The notes under the pieces were generated by a model, which did not search any database, was not told the DNA's origin, and saw nothing but the letters and a program-made list of their open reading frames with translations. From contig OZ316775.1 of the NCBI GenBank assembly GCA_973851085.1, positions 3,038,001-3,102,000 on the forward strand: a DNA stretch of 64,000 nt. Reading direction: 5' to 3'. Source of the DNA: Ptychomitrium polyphyllum. Taxonomy: Eukaryota. Each line of letters starts with the position of its first letter. Position 1 is the first letter of the stretch. The translations under genes were made by a program, and so were the position numbers. This document shows, piece after piece, positions 14,325-27,100 of the stretch.

Positions 14325-15611
14325 TAACCTTGAATAAAAACAAATGACTTATTATATCATTCTAGCTAATCCTTATAATATAATTTCTTGCAAATTTACA
14401 ATTTTAATAATAGAATGTCACCAAGTTTGCTAACCACCACGTGCTTATCTTTTATAGACTTTTACTCCATAGTACTCTCTACCATGCTATTAAATATTGA
14501 TAATTAGAGGTGAAATAAAAATTAAAATATTCAACTAAAATTAATGTTTTATATATATTGTTTGTCTCATGAATTGGGGCAAACTCGTCCATTTGGATGT
14601 CTTATTTGTAAAAGATTTCTTTTAAACAATCTCAATTTGTTAGAACAATCATAATTGCAGATTCAAAATGATTTGCCTACAAAATTAGATGTTATTCTTT
14701 ACAAGAAAAGAACATTAAATCAAAGTTTTATATTTTTCTATTAATATATCCAAAAAAATTCTTGTCCATATTAATTTTCTCACAATAATTTCAAGCAATA
14801 ATTTCATGGATTTATGGACAATCTAATCTTGTTAATATGAGACTTGATTATATAAAAACCTTAATTATATCATATTATATTATACAACATATTTTTGTGC
14901 AAGTAATTACCTAGTTCAAGTCTCCCCTTATATTACAATTATAAGATATTGTAATACAACAATAAAAACCTCCATTTGTCATATAATAAAGGTAATTGAT
15001 GTTCAATGTGGATGAATTTCATCTAAAATAAAGAATATTTAAAAAGAAATATGGTACTTCATTCATTTATAATTGAGAAGCTTTTGAAAACTTCCAAAGA
15101 CCTTGAGGAAACAAAGTTTTTACGAGGCTCAATATAAATTCTAACATAGCTACTGCAAAAGTTTTTTTCAACTTCATGTCTAGTGCTACTTTGCTTTATG
15201 CCTAAGTACTAATTTACTTGGTTCCTTAAAAAAATGTCAATAACTTCTTACAAATTAAGTGCTTGAACAATTTGAAGAATTTAAGGTATTTACTAAAGTA
15301 TAGCATAGCAGTAATTCTTTATGGCATGTGTTGAAGATTTGTGTGATTAATAAGTCATTCTAATTTTTTATTTTATTGCGGCATGTGTTCAATTTTAATA
15401 TGAAAAGAAGAAACACATGGATTTAAAACTTTTATAACTAATGAATCACTCTAGTTTTTTTATTTTATTTTAATACATTAAAATAAAGTCACTTGACATG
15501 GATTATAGATCTGTAACAGATGATGAAATAGAGAAACTTAGATTGAAGAAAGAATCATATGAATTTGCATTTTTCATCAAAAAAATTATTCTATAAATGA
15601 TCAAATGTTAG

Positions 15612-15655
15612 TGGAAGAATACATCAATATGGAAGAATACATCAATATGGAAGAA
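15612..15655. repeat. 18-bp tandem repeat, ~2.4 copies
   Basis: Unit tggaagaatacatcaata. Confidence 0.85.
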
Positions 15656-18600
15656 AATGATGTTTCAAAACAAGACTTAGATACAAATAAATTGGTATAA
15701 ATGACTTAGAATATTCAACCTTATATGGAATCTAATTTTAATATTGATTTGAATGAATAACCTCTTCCAGTTGTTAAACTTGGAGATGCAAAGCATCATG
15801 GAGGTATATTGTCTCATTTCATTATGAAGGAATTTTAGTCATTCTAGTGTATTGGATGTCACTAATAATTAAAAATTAATTAGAAAGCATAACAAGTTTA
15901 GTAATGCAAATCTTAATAATCAATTATAAACAACTCTAAACTCTTTTTCAAGTCTTTTTGATTATAAATAAATTTTATACATATTTAAAAAGTGTATTTT
16001 CAATATTTTATAATTATTTTAATGTATATCCATACTTGTTTTGGTCAAGCTTTAAAAATCTCAATAATATGGCACTAAATGCCTTAATGCCATATAATCA
16101 AGAATGCAACATTTTGATTATACAACAATTTTCTTGTTTTCCAAACTTGTCATATTAGAGCGTAACAACTTTACACAAATCCAAACAATAATCAAGAGTT
16201 TATTTTGGATTGTTGTGTCAATTATATGATGTTGCAAGCCTTGATAGTTTATGGTAATATTAAGTAGAAAATCATTAAGAAGTTAGATGAATTTCATAAT
16301 TTTGTAGTATAAATATTAGGGATGTTTGACAATTTTTAAGTAGAAAGGGAGGTTTAGATATCAAGTGGTACCACAGAGGTTCTATGCTTGGCCTATTTGT
16401 TACCATGTCTCTAATCACCTTCAAAAAATAAAAGGACCTTCCTTCATTGATTTTTCAAAGATTTGTTTTGGATTTCTTTTTCCAACAATGCATTACTCTG
16501 TTTTTTTCAAAAAAAGATAATCAAGGATTGTCTGAACCCTTTCAATGAATGAATCTCTTGCAATATTTTCATTTGAATTTGGCATCAAGGTTTCAAATTT
16601 TTTTTGGTTCAACATTGTCTCCTTCAGTTAAAGCATAAGTTGACTTATGCTTTCTGCATGTTCCTGTGAATCCCTTTTTACACGTTTGCATTGAAAATAC
16701 AGCTGGACAATACTTGAATCTCCTGCACATTCCAACATCAAACAACTGAACTAAGCTTGTGATAAAATATGCCTACCAAGTTCCCATTGATTCACTGGAC
16801 TTATGTTTAGCAGCAGCAATGCAGCATGAACTTGAATACCAGGTTCATTAAGTTGACAAGGCAGGTTTTAATGTTTCAACTGCTCAGGTTAGGGTACCAA
16901 AAGGGAGAAGTTGGTTGCCATATTTTTTTGCCTTGGTTCTGCATAACAGAAAATCAGCCCCCTCCATGATGCTCCTGGCAGGAGAGCCAGATTGTATGCA
17001 GGGGTGTTCCTTAATTTCAGATAGAATTTTAGAGATAAGAGGAAGCTATGTCTTTTTGGTTTGTCTTGGGGGTTGGGTGCAGTGCACTTTGGACCATGTT
17101 CTATGCATTGCCATGACACAAGGTACTGGCAACATGTCATACAATGTACCTTGCTAGTTATTGTAATGTGGCATTATCCTTGGATTGAACAGGTTACAGT
17201 ACAAGCATGGCCTGTAGTCAAATGAGGTGCTCCACTTTTGATACAACTGTTAGATATTCAATTGTGTACTAAAATCATGCCATTAAGTTAAGTGGTTTAC
17301 CATGGAACTGGAAATGATAATTGTCTTGCATATGCTTGTAAATTATGTCAACCAGAAGATGTGCAGGGCATTCACAAAGAAAGCTGTATGCAAAGATTCA
17401 CAGCATCTTGGAACCCTTTCACACGACTAAATTGCACAGAGAATATCTTTTCAATCAAAACTCACCACATCAAAGTTTAAATCTGGAATGAGCTAGAACT
17501 TTTGAACAAACTGACTTATGATTCAGAAAATAAATTAGGTTCAAAGGGCAACTGAGTCTCACAAAGAGCAACCTGATGATCACCACTATAAAGCTGCTTG
17601 ACGACTCTTCTGGTGACCTATATAACACACTCTTGAAGTATATTGGTGTACAACATTCCCTTGGCCCACTTCTGCTCATGTTAATATCACACAACATAGC
17701 ATGCACGATCTATCAGCTTGAAGCTCTGTAAGGTTTGAAGTTGTGGATTACACCTATACAATATCTTCTTGTGACAAGAAACATTCATCTGCAAATCTTG
17801 TTGAACGTTTCTTAGAATTACTGTCCCTTCCTGTTTTCTCAATGGATGGCAAATAGTTGAGCTTGCTGTGCAAATCCACACCACAGTGATTTATTATGAC
17901 ATCAAGGCCTTTACTTTTACAATACAAGTCTTAGAGGGTTTACATTTTAAGAAGCAAAAGTTTGCTTTTATGCTGTTTTTTTTTTCTCTGCTTTTGAAGG
18001 GGTACTAAAAAGTTTCCTTGCACAGATTCCGTAGAAACAACCAGCTACTATTAGTAAATTACTTGCATGCATGCAAGGCATCATCACAAGTGCACTTCAG
18101 TGATGTAGCAAAACAGAACATATTGATGAAATGAAACCCTGGTATTCACCTAAAACACTTTATTCGCTTATTTGACTGGTGACATCTCCAAGGGTTGATT
18201 GATTTGGATTGTTCAAGATACAAGGAACTGCACCCAACAGAGTGAAGCAACAAAAGCAGTTCACATTATTCCTATGCAAAAAAGAAGACAAAGAAGCTGG
18301 CACAAGCACTAGGTTTGGCACCCACAAATTAATCATCTCTCAACATGACCTCACTTCTCTTCTGCAATTCTTCTCAAGATTGATCTTGCCAGAAATGATT
18401 CTCATGGTTTAGGCTTTCAACTACTTTATTACCATGCTTATCAAATTCCAACGACTTCTTTGATTTGCTGCCTGAACTGCACTTCCAAGAAAATGTTACT
18501 CACACCCTCCTTATCAATCACAATTCTTATCTGCACTTGTAATGTTGTTAGAGATTAAAAGCTGAGCATGAATAACAGATGAATTCAAATTCTTTTTTGT

Positions 18601-20186
18601 ATCTACAAATTACAAACCAATAAAGTCAGTTATTCTTATATCTACAATAACTTTTGCAATGATGTGTGTGTTTGAGATAATCAAAATCAAAAGCGGAACC
18701 TTATACTCTAGGGAGATGATTGATCTAGCTTCCCCGGGCTGTAATGGAAGGACATCTAGGATAGAATCTCTAGCTTATCAAACAGGCAGCCATTTATTGA
18801 AAGAGACCCTTGTAGTTCTTCAATATAAGTTACATGATACATCCAAACCACCATTTGTGAAGAATTTGAATCCAAATTATTTGAGAAGATCACATTACCA
18901 TTTGTGAAGTTTTGATGCTCATGAGCGATTTTGAATAAGTAATTCATTTGTGCTGCAATTGAAATCTCCTAATAAATTTTATGTAAATGTCATTCATGAA
19001 AGTCATATGTTATTGGAACGTTTCTTAAATCACATTAATTAAAAAATAGAAAATTCAATAATTTTTTTGTTTATTGCCAAATCAACAATCTCTATTAAAA
19101 AAGAATTTGCTAGAAATATACATAATAATTTTTCAGTAGCATTATTGGATGTTTCTAACCATTTTAATGTATGAAAAATATTATACTAACTACTTAGATA
19201 TTACATTCAAGAATACAGAAAACAAGCTTTCTTTAGACAGTGGTACAGACTATAAAGGAGTAAGGCCATCAATTTAAGTAAAATCATGCTCTTGGATGGA
19301 CAAATTGCCACCCAGGTCGTCCTAAGACAAGTATAGACATGACACATTTTACCAAATGGTCCAAAGCATCTAATATCCTGGGCGTCTTTCAAGAATCCAA
19401 GACCAATTTTCACATTCTCCTCTACAGACTTAGTAGCAATCTTCCAAGGGACGCAGTCTCCATGCAAGAAATAACTTCAGTGAAAAATAAGTATGAACTA
19501 CCACTCATTGCAACACGATCTGAAATTTTACTAACAAATGAAGGTTTCCTTACCTGTGTAAGTACTGTTACAGTGAACCTAATAAGTCTGTCAAAGAGAT
19601 CATTCTGCTACTTCTCCAACCTCAGCAACAAAATAGGGATAATTCGTGAATTTTGCTATGTTCATGGCGCACTATATAGCTGCTACTCTACCTCGAGCCA
19701 GATCTAAGATATACAAATAAACCAACTTCTAACAGAAACTAAGACATAAGCTAAAAACACTGCATGAACTTGCATTGAGCATAATTTTCTGGATTCTGCT
19801 AGACACAAACACAAGATGGATTTCTGGGTCCCAACTTGCTTGAGCCCTCGTATGACACCAAAAACATATCACCCTCCAGAACGGGGCCTGTATCTATCCT
19901 TCCATCTACAACCATTTCCTGGATCAGTGATTAGCAGTTGACTGCTCATCTCGGACAATTTGCTTTCCTTAAATCTTCTGCTTTCAACCTGCAAAGCTTT
20001 CAATGTGCCCACAAGGCCGACATAGAACTTATTCTGACTCTAGTATTGTTCTATTCTGGAAGGCGCTAAGTCCAGTAGACAAAAAGAGTGAGGTCAAGCT
20101 GGGTTTGTAGAGAAGACATGCTCGTTCCAAGAGTAATCTCAGAAGCAATTTGAGAATCTTTGCTCTGTTCCATTGGTGAAGTTTCT

Positions 20187-23100
20187 TCAAGGTGCAGGGG
20201 CAGGCGGAGGAGCACGGTAAAAAGGTGGAATAGCATTGAAAATGGTGTTGGCATCCACTCCCGTTTCAGTTGCTTTAGAGAGTGATGCCAAAGCTCCCAC
20301 CAATGCAGCATTGCCAGCTAAAGTCGGTTCTGCTTGGTTGTAGTTAGTGCGCCTGTCCACATACTTATCAAACTTGTTGGGTCCCATGACCATAGCCCCC
20401 TCAATGACATGAGGGTTGGGAGAATTTGCATCCCTGAACTTGTGACCTTGAGTACAGCCCACTCTGCCTGCAGTCTTGGGAATAGATGCAGCCCTGTGGT
20501 GGACTTGCTTCGGATATTTCTTGCCGTAGCCAACCACATAACTCATGTTCATTGGGTTGTGGCCAAGCACATAATTTATCTGCACAGTATCAGCACAATT
20601 GTTTCCTCGTTACACTGATAAATAAATCCTTTTCTGCCCCAAGGTAGTTCTGATGTGTATAAAAATGATGACTATAATAGATGTGCAGAACTGGCACAAG
20701 GAAGAACTATACGCCATGGGTTTAGGGCCTAAGTACCTGTGATCTTGCCCAGTCGTTCAAGGTCTCTGCGGGGTAGAAATATCCTTTACAGGTCCATCCA
20801 GGAACATCTGCGGCCTTCATGTACTCAGCATACAATGATGCTAACATCGAATTTGCTACTGCATACTGCAATTGCTGTGGCTGTCCGTACAGAAACATTG
20901 TCAAGCCACCTGTGCACATCCAAAATTCAAGTCTTCAGTCTTTGGTAACAATTTTTCCTTCCCTAATCATATGAATGAATCTGAATTGAATGTGAATCAG
21001 ATGGACATCTACTGAGGACCGTCTACCTTATGCATCCCAGTTATATCCCCTGCTGCTTCGTTAAAAACAAATGTCATGTAAAATACACGAGACTATTAAC
21101 AGTTTTATTACACGTGCATATAGTGGCAACAAGAGAAACAGGTGTAACAATGAACCTTTCGTTACATTCCATTTTTTATATTGCGGAAGGTAATTGCACA
21201 TAACAGTCTTTGTCTGATTGAAATACTCTCGAAGTTCCTGTTCGTACGGATACCCTGGACTTTTCATGATGTAAAGCCTTGATAAAAGCACCTGCACCAA
21301 GAGGTATTGTTTACAACACTACATCAACACTACACCAAGACGTATTGTTTACATCAAAGGGCTTCCAGCTGCCACGCAACATCAACTTACCATCCTTGCT
21401 AAGATTTTAAACAAAATACAAGCATAATACAAAATTTATATATAAAACACAATAAAACAAGGTAAAAAGCCCAGTGCGGCGTGCCCTACCAGAGTTACTC
21501 ACAGCTTTCTTAACTAACAATATCATGCTCTGCTCTTTGAAAACAATCTGACATACCTGAGCACCAATGAGCTTATTGTCCCAGTTGAATGTGCCGTAAT
21601 AAGGATTTCCGCCCTTCGCTTGGGCATTCTTCGCAAGATCGGGGTTGGTAGCTAACTGAAGGTAGGTGGAGTTTCCTGTGGCATAGTACATCCAAGCTGC
21701 ACCCCACATGTACTCATCCCAGTAACCAGAGGAATTGTAGAATGGTACCTCTTGTGGTGGAAGCCCAGCAACGTAACGCGCTCTAGTATCCTTTCTTCTT
21801 GCAAAAGTCCAGATGTTGGTTGCCCCAAGTACCAACTTGCGAGAGTAGACTGGGGAGTCTTTGAAAACAATGGAGGCAGCTGCAAGGGCAGCTGCCATTT
21901 CTCCACCCAGATCTGGAGCAGAAGTAACTGCAAATGCAGGACGCGGATAGTCCATGTCCTCGGGCCTTTCCCAGCAGTAATGATCATTGGGGGAAGAGGT
22001 GTTTGCATCACCAACCTAGTTTAAGAAGTAAGGCAGTTATCTCCTTAGAAAGGCTACAATAAATCAGCTACTTCTTTCAACTACAAATCAAGATCCACGT
22101 CCCAATAACACGTCAACAGAAGATTGGCTTCAACGGTCAAATACTCAAAGCTTTGGGAATAAAGGCCAGTTCGCTCTCGGACACATGAAATTCGGAGTGC
22201 TGTTAATTGGAAAGATTCCACCAAAAGTAAAGTAGTTGTTTTCCTTTGATAGTCCTATCATTGTCTACAGGTTCTTCAATGAGCTTGTTCATGAGTGTCA
22301 TCAATCAAACCAGAACTATAAAGCTCTGTCTCGATGGACAAATTTTGTTCTTCGACCTTTAAGTCGAATTGCATTCATAGATCCAACCTAAAATTAAACA
22401 TTAACAAGGTACAAAGGCGGGATGCGACGTAAAATAGTATAAACTATGCCTGATTTTCAGTGATTTTCAAGTTGAGCAGTATTGATGTCGAACTTGTCTG
22501 GGTTTTAGTAGGTGCATACCTGAGCAAACACATATTCCACACTCGGTGAGGTATAGTTGAAGGTTTTCAACATGTAATCAGTACCCCACTTGATAATTTT
22601 CTTAATATGCTCGAGCTCCCCAGCAACTTGGTATTTAGCTTTATACTCAATAACACTCCAACTTAATAAGGTCATGGCATAGGCTCCTGGGAACCCGAAC
22701 TTGATGTTGTCACCAGCATCGTAGTAACCGCCAGAGAGATTACTGGCTGGTCCACCAACATGATCAAGTCCATCTCTTAACGCAGAAGTTGATCTCCAGG
22801 AAATGTTGTTGGATTTATCTAAACGCCCAGCTGCAGTCCAGCAATAAGAGTGATTGTCAGCCCTAATCTCTCCAGTTTGACACGAATCTTAATGACATCT
22901 GACCTTACAATGTGCGAAAGCATCAAACTGCTAACAACTCAAAGCACACCAAAGCTTCCATTCGAAGCTCCTATCTTCATAATTACGGTGGAGACATCCT
23001 TTTCCAATCAGCACCCATATTCCTTTGTAGATTTATTTCCAATAATAGCTGGACTGAAGGCCATTTTCTTGGAATCTTGTGCCACACAATCAACTTCTTG

Positions 23101-24134
23101 CACTATTATCGTATTAGTTAGTTCCAAAAAGCAACAAGTATAAATCTAGAAAATCATATGTTCACAGGTTTGAATGAGTTATAAATGGATTTTTGGTTTC
23201 GACTTTTCAGCTTGTAGTAAACTTTTCAACTTTCGTCATTGGAAATAAAAACATGAAAAGTATCACATTCTTCAAGATTTAATGTTCTCCACTATGCAAA
23301 ATATCTCTTCGCTTACACTAGTACCACACCATGGTGCATCTGCATTACCACGTCAGGTCAGGTGCTTCTACCTTACCACTTCAGAAACTACAGGAGTGGA
23401 AATACAACCTTAAATATTGAAATCAGAATGCTTGCAAAAAACAATATCCAATATACCAATAATGAAAATGAAAATGCTAAGAAATTAAGAACCAAAAACA
23501 AATTGTGCTGATGCGAAGAGTGGATCGTGAGCTATAAAAAAATACCAGAATTGATCAAATTCTTGCTTGCTTTAGACAGGCGAGCGATTCTGGATGAAGG
23601 AATTATAGAACAACAAAATTTCACAAGTTCGTGTGGATCTGATGTGTGGAACGACTGAAACATAAAACAAAGATCATAGCAATGCTAACTGGACATGAGC
23701 ATCAAAATGAAGCGAGTTAGCTAATTTTTCGTAAGGGCGATGGTTCGAAGAGGAGTAAGAAAGGACTTACATTTCTGGGCGTCGAAGAATTTCAGAGCCA
23801 TCTTCAAGGCAATAGTGTAGTTGTCAAGGGGAGCAGGATGATGGTGTTTCTTAGGAGCAAACTTCCAGATGACAATAGACAAGCCCACGATAGCGCTGGC
23901 GACGGCTAAGGTTCCGACAATAATAAGGAAGAGCTTTTGGCTGCAGACCATACAGCCAAAGTCTATCTGCTTCTTCTTCTTCTTGGTCTGGGGCTCCAAC
24001 AGCCAGCTCTGCTGCGTCTCCTCCAAGCTCTTCACCGACGCCCGGTCCACATCCAGCTGCCTGCTGCGGTGGTCGTCCCCCGCATCGCTGTCTGTGGCCA
24101 TTTCCATTGGCCCTCCCCATGTGTTGCTATACAT
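20187..24134 (-). CDS. KOR1-like: Membrane-anchored endo-1,4-beta-glucanase, GH9 class A (KORRIGAN-like), ~611 aa; exons 24134-23771, 22830-22520, 22015-21557, 21291-21156, 20909-20737, 20579-20187
   Basis: N-terminus [12 protein letters not shown]..., EETQQSWLL dileucine motif, basic tract and a TM helix. GH9 motifs [48 protein letters not shown] and [13 protein letters not shown], then a Pro-rich tail. All introns are GT-AG and phase-consistent. Confidence 0.96.
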
Positions 24135-27100
24135 AGCTCCTCCCTTTCTTCTCCCCCCTTTCACCCAGTTTTCAACTGTACTCTGTTTCTCCACCCAACT
24201 CTACAGTTCGGTTTCCAACTTAGTTGCAGCTTCACGTTGATAATAACATGGTTTAAGGAACAGAGTCACACACCTGCAGCAGATGAGCAATGACACTTTC
24301 AACTAAGAAAACGTTACTGCTTCATTAACATGTGCCACAAATCCACAACACTGCAATACCGTTGCGTGCATTGGTACTATCTCACGATTACAACCATGCT
24401 TGACACCGAGGTTGAAGGCAAAGGGTTGAAACCTCTTGCTCTCGTCTAGGCAGTGGCGCTACATAATCCCATGGCGATCGGGGCGATGGTGGAGTGCAGT
24501 CAAAATGGGGCTCTAGATGCTCGCCCCTCTTCTATCTATCTGCTGCTCTTCGTTTCTAGCTCAAAAACTTCGTACGAGACAGAGAAGCTTCAAGCAAGAG
24601 AGCATTGAGGTATCCGTGCGGTTCCTGAGATGGCAAAGTGCCTGTGCAAAACCAGACCATGAGGGGACAATCACCGAGCTAGGCTACGGGGATGATAATG
24701 CAAGATTGGTGGGCATGAGTGGGAGGCATAATGCAGCAGAGCCTGGGACCTACAGCCATGAAACCTCCACTGACACACTCTTGCACCATAAAAAAGCAAC
24801 CACACCCAGCTCCCTCCCCCTCTCTGACAACTGTGTGTCCCTCTCAGACTCCGCTTCCAGTAGTAGTTCATCTAATTTTTCTTATTAGAGAAGTTATATC
24901 CAAGGGCTAAAATGCAGCTTTTGCAGCCACTCACAATACAGCATGTAACTTTACTCACAATCTGTTACTGAGCTGCAAGATTGGAGCAAGTTGGACACTG
25001 GAATGCAATGCTGCAATGCTTGTTACCTGGATGGGTTTTTACTTTAAAGAGATGATGCATCACAATTCTAAACTACTGTGTGATGCAATTTTATTGAGGA
25101 TATGGTTAAATTAAGTTAGTGTTAACTTATGTTATGGTCAAGTGGGCTGTGTTTGTCCATGGCATCCTGTTTGTCTGGACAGAGATCTGTCCTTGCCAAA
25201 GTTCAAACTTTCCAGTACAAAAGAAAGACTTCCTTAGGCTTTCATTATTGCAGCAACTCTGTGGCTTACAGCTAGTAGCAGATGATCTCATAGCCACCAC
25301 CTTCGCTGCTTTTTCTAATGCATGAAATTGGTGTGGGTTTAATCCCATAGGCTGGCTCACCAAAACAAGTCAAAGATGCATTCCGGCATAAACAAGTTTC
25401 TTTTGAAATTAATCATTATTCCAAATAGTATCTTTACTTAGTGATGTTGGTGTAATGTTGATAACTAATCAACTCACTAGGATGAGTACAGATTTTAATC
25501 CCAATTTGGCTGTAGCCAGTAATAGGTAAGTAACGGCTTGATCCAGAGTCACTTGCCCAAGTGTAACTTCAAAATCATACAAAACATGCTTGAACAGTAC
25601 AGCATGGAGGTGATGTTCAATCTCACAAAAGGATGGCAATAATGAAGGTGGGCCTATCACAATTGTTGTAATACCAAAGAAAAGGAGTCACTCTTTTGTC
25701 AATAAAAGCACCCTGCCTGTGCACAAGTTGTTGTAGCTTACTGAGGCCAGGTCTGAGTTACACAACATCTCAGTTATGCTGCCCACCCTCACTGAATGAC
25801 ACATCCTTCACTCATCTGTATGTTCATTCTGAGTGGGCCCAGGTGCTGCATCTGACAAGGATGGACAACCTAAGGTAGTGTTCTGATATCAGTGCCTCAC
25901 AGTTCTTGCTACCATTGCAATCATTCAACTGTTTGAGACATGCCAGCAGTGGGTTGCTCTTTTTATTCCATAGCGTCTTTCTTGAATGGGTTGCCAAAAT
26001 ATATCACTCACATAGGTTATAAGTTACTTGTCCCTCAATCATGAAAAGATGCACAGCATTGTAGTATTTGGCAGAGTGTTCACCCCACTCTTTAGCAGAG
26101 TATTCACCACTTGCTCAGCTTTGTTGCAATGGCTAGATTTTTTTAGTTTTAAAAATCAAATTTCTTAAAAACATGGGTGTATATATGTATATGTAAAACA
26201 AACAATATGGGATCATGCCACCTCCACCATACAATGCATCTTTGCACTTCATCCACATCTTCTATCCTTTGTAGTAATTAATCTATATAACTTTGGAATG
26301 CAATCTATTGAAATATTTCTGAAATAATGGTCAATTCCTAACTAAATGTTACCGTCCTCTTTTAAGGAAGTTACCACTTATTTGTACTTAAAGACTTGGC
26401 TTTAAATTCAAAGACAAAAGTGATACTTTTTTTGAAAGATTAAAGTATTATAAATAAGTGTTTTCCATTCAAAAAGAGAAGTTTTAAGTAAATTGTGGTC
26501 CAAAATTTAGATGTAAATTCAAATAAAAGAGTTATGGCTCAAAGTGAAAGAAACATTAAAATCTATATATTGTGGAAGATAATGTGTTTATTTACTTATT
26601 TACAATAGAATTTTAAATCTTCCAAACAATATACCTATGGGAAGGTGCTTTTAATATTTTCCAAATGTTTTTAATCAAAAAAAGTGTACATTGGTGGTTT
26701 CAAAAGTTTAGAAGATGTTTTTTTTTAAAGTATATCTATTCTAAAAATTCAAGAAATTTAAAAAAATTTAAGAAATTTGAACTTTTATATATATAGATTT
26801 ATTCCATATAAATCAACTACTCATTTTTTTTTTTAAACAATTTTTTTTTCAATTCAAACAATTCAAAGGTAAAAATTACTAATGATCTACTAGGTTTTCA
26901 AACATTCTTAAGGTTGCAAAGACAAAGTTTCTTTCAATGTTTATGAATACTATCTACACTTGCCATATAAAATTCCAAATAGAATTTTCATATACTAAAA
27001 TTTTCTTGGATTAGAATTCATTTTTATTTAATGTAAATTCATTTTAATATTACTAGTACTTTCTATTAATAAAAAACTGGAGTTTTTTGAAATCGAAATT

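Noticed and set aside
16360..16382. PBS-like CAAGTGGTACCA
   Set aside because: Imperfect match to the tRNA-Met PBS (TGGTATCAGAGC), with no convincing LTR or gag beside it.
23049..23062. miR319-like string (tggactgaaggg) in KOR intron 1
   Set aside because: Only a 12-nt match; the 3' half diverges and I see no foldback partner.
24135..24194. 20-aa N-terminal extension of KOR shown in the ORF track
   Set aside because: It begins at GTG. Family homology starts at the ATG at 24134.
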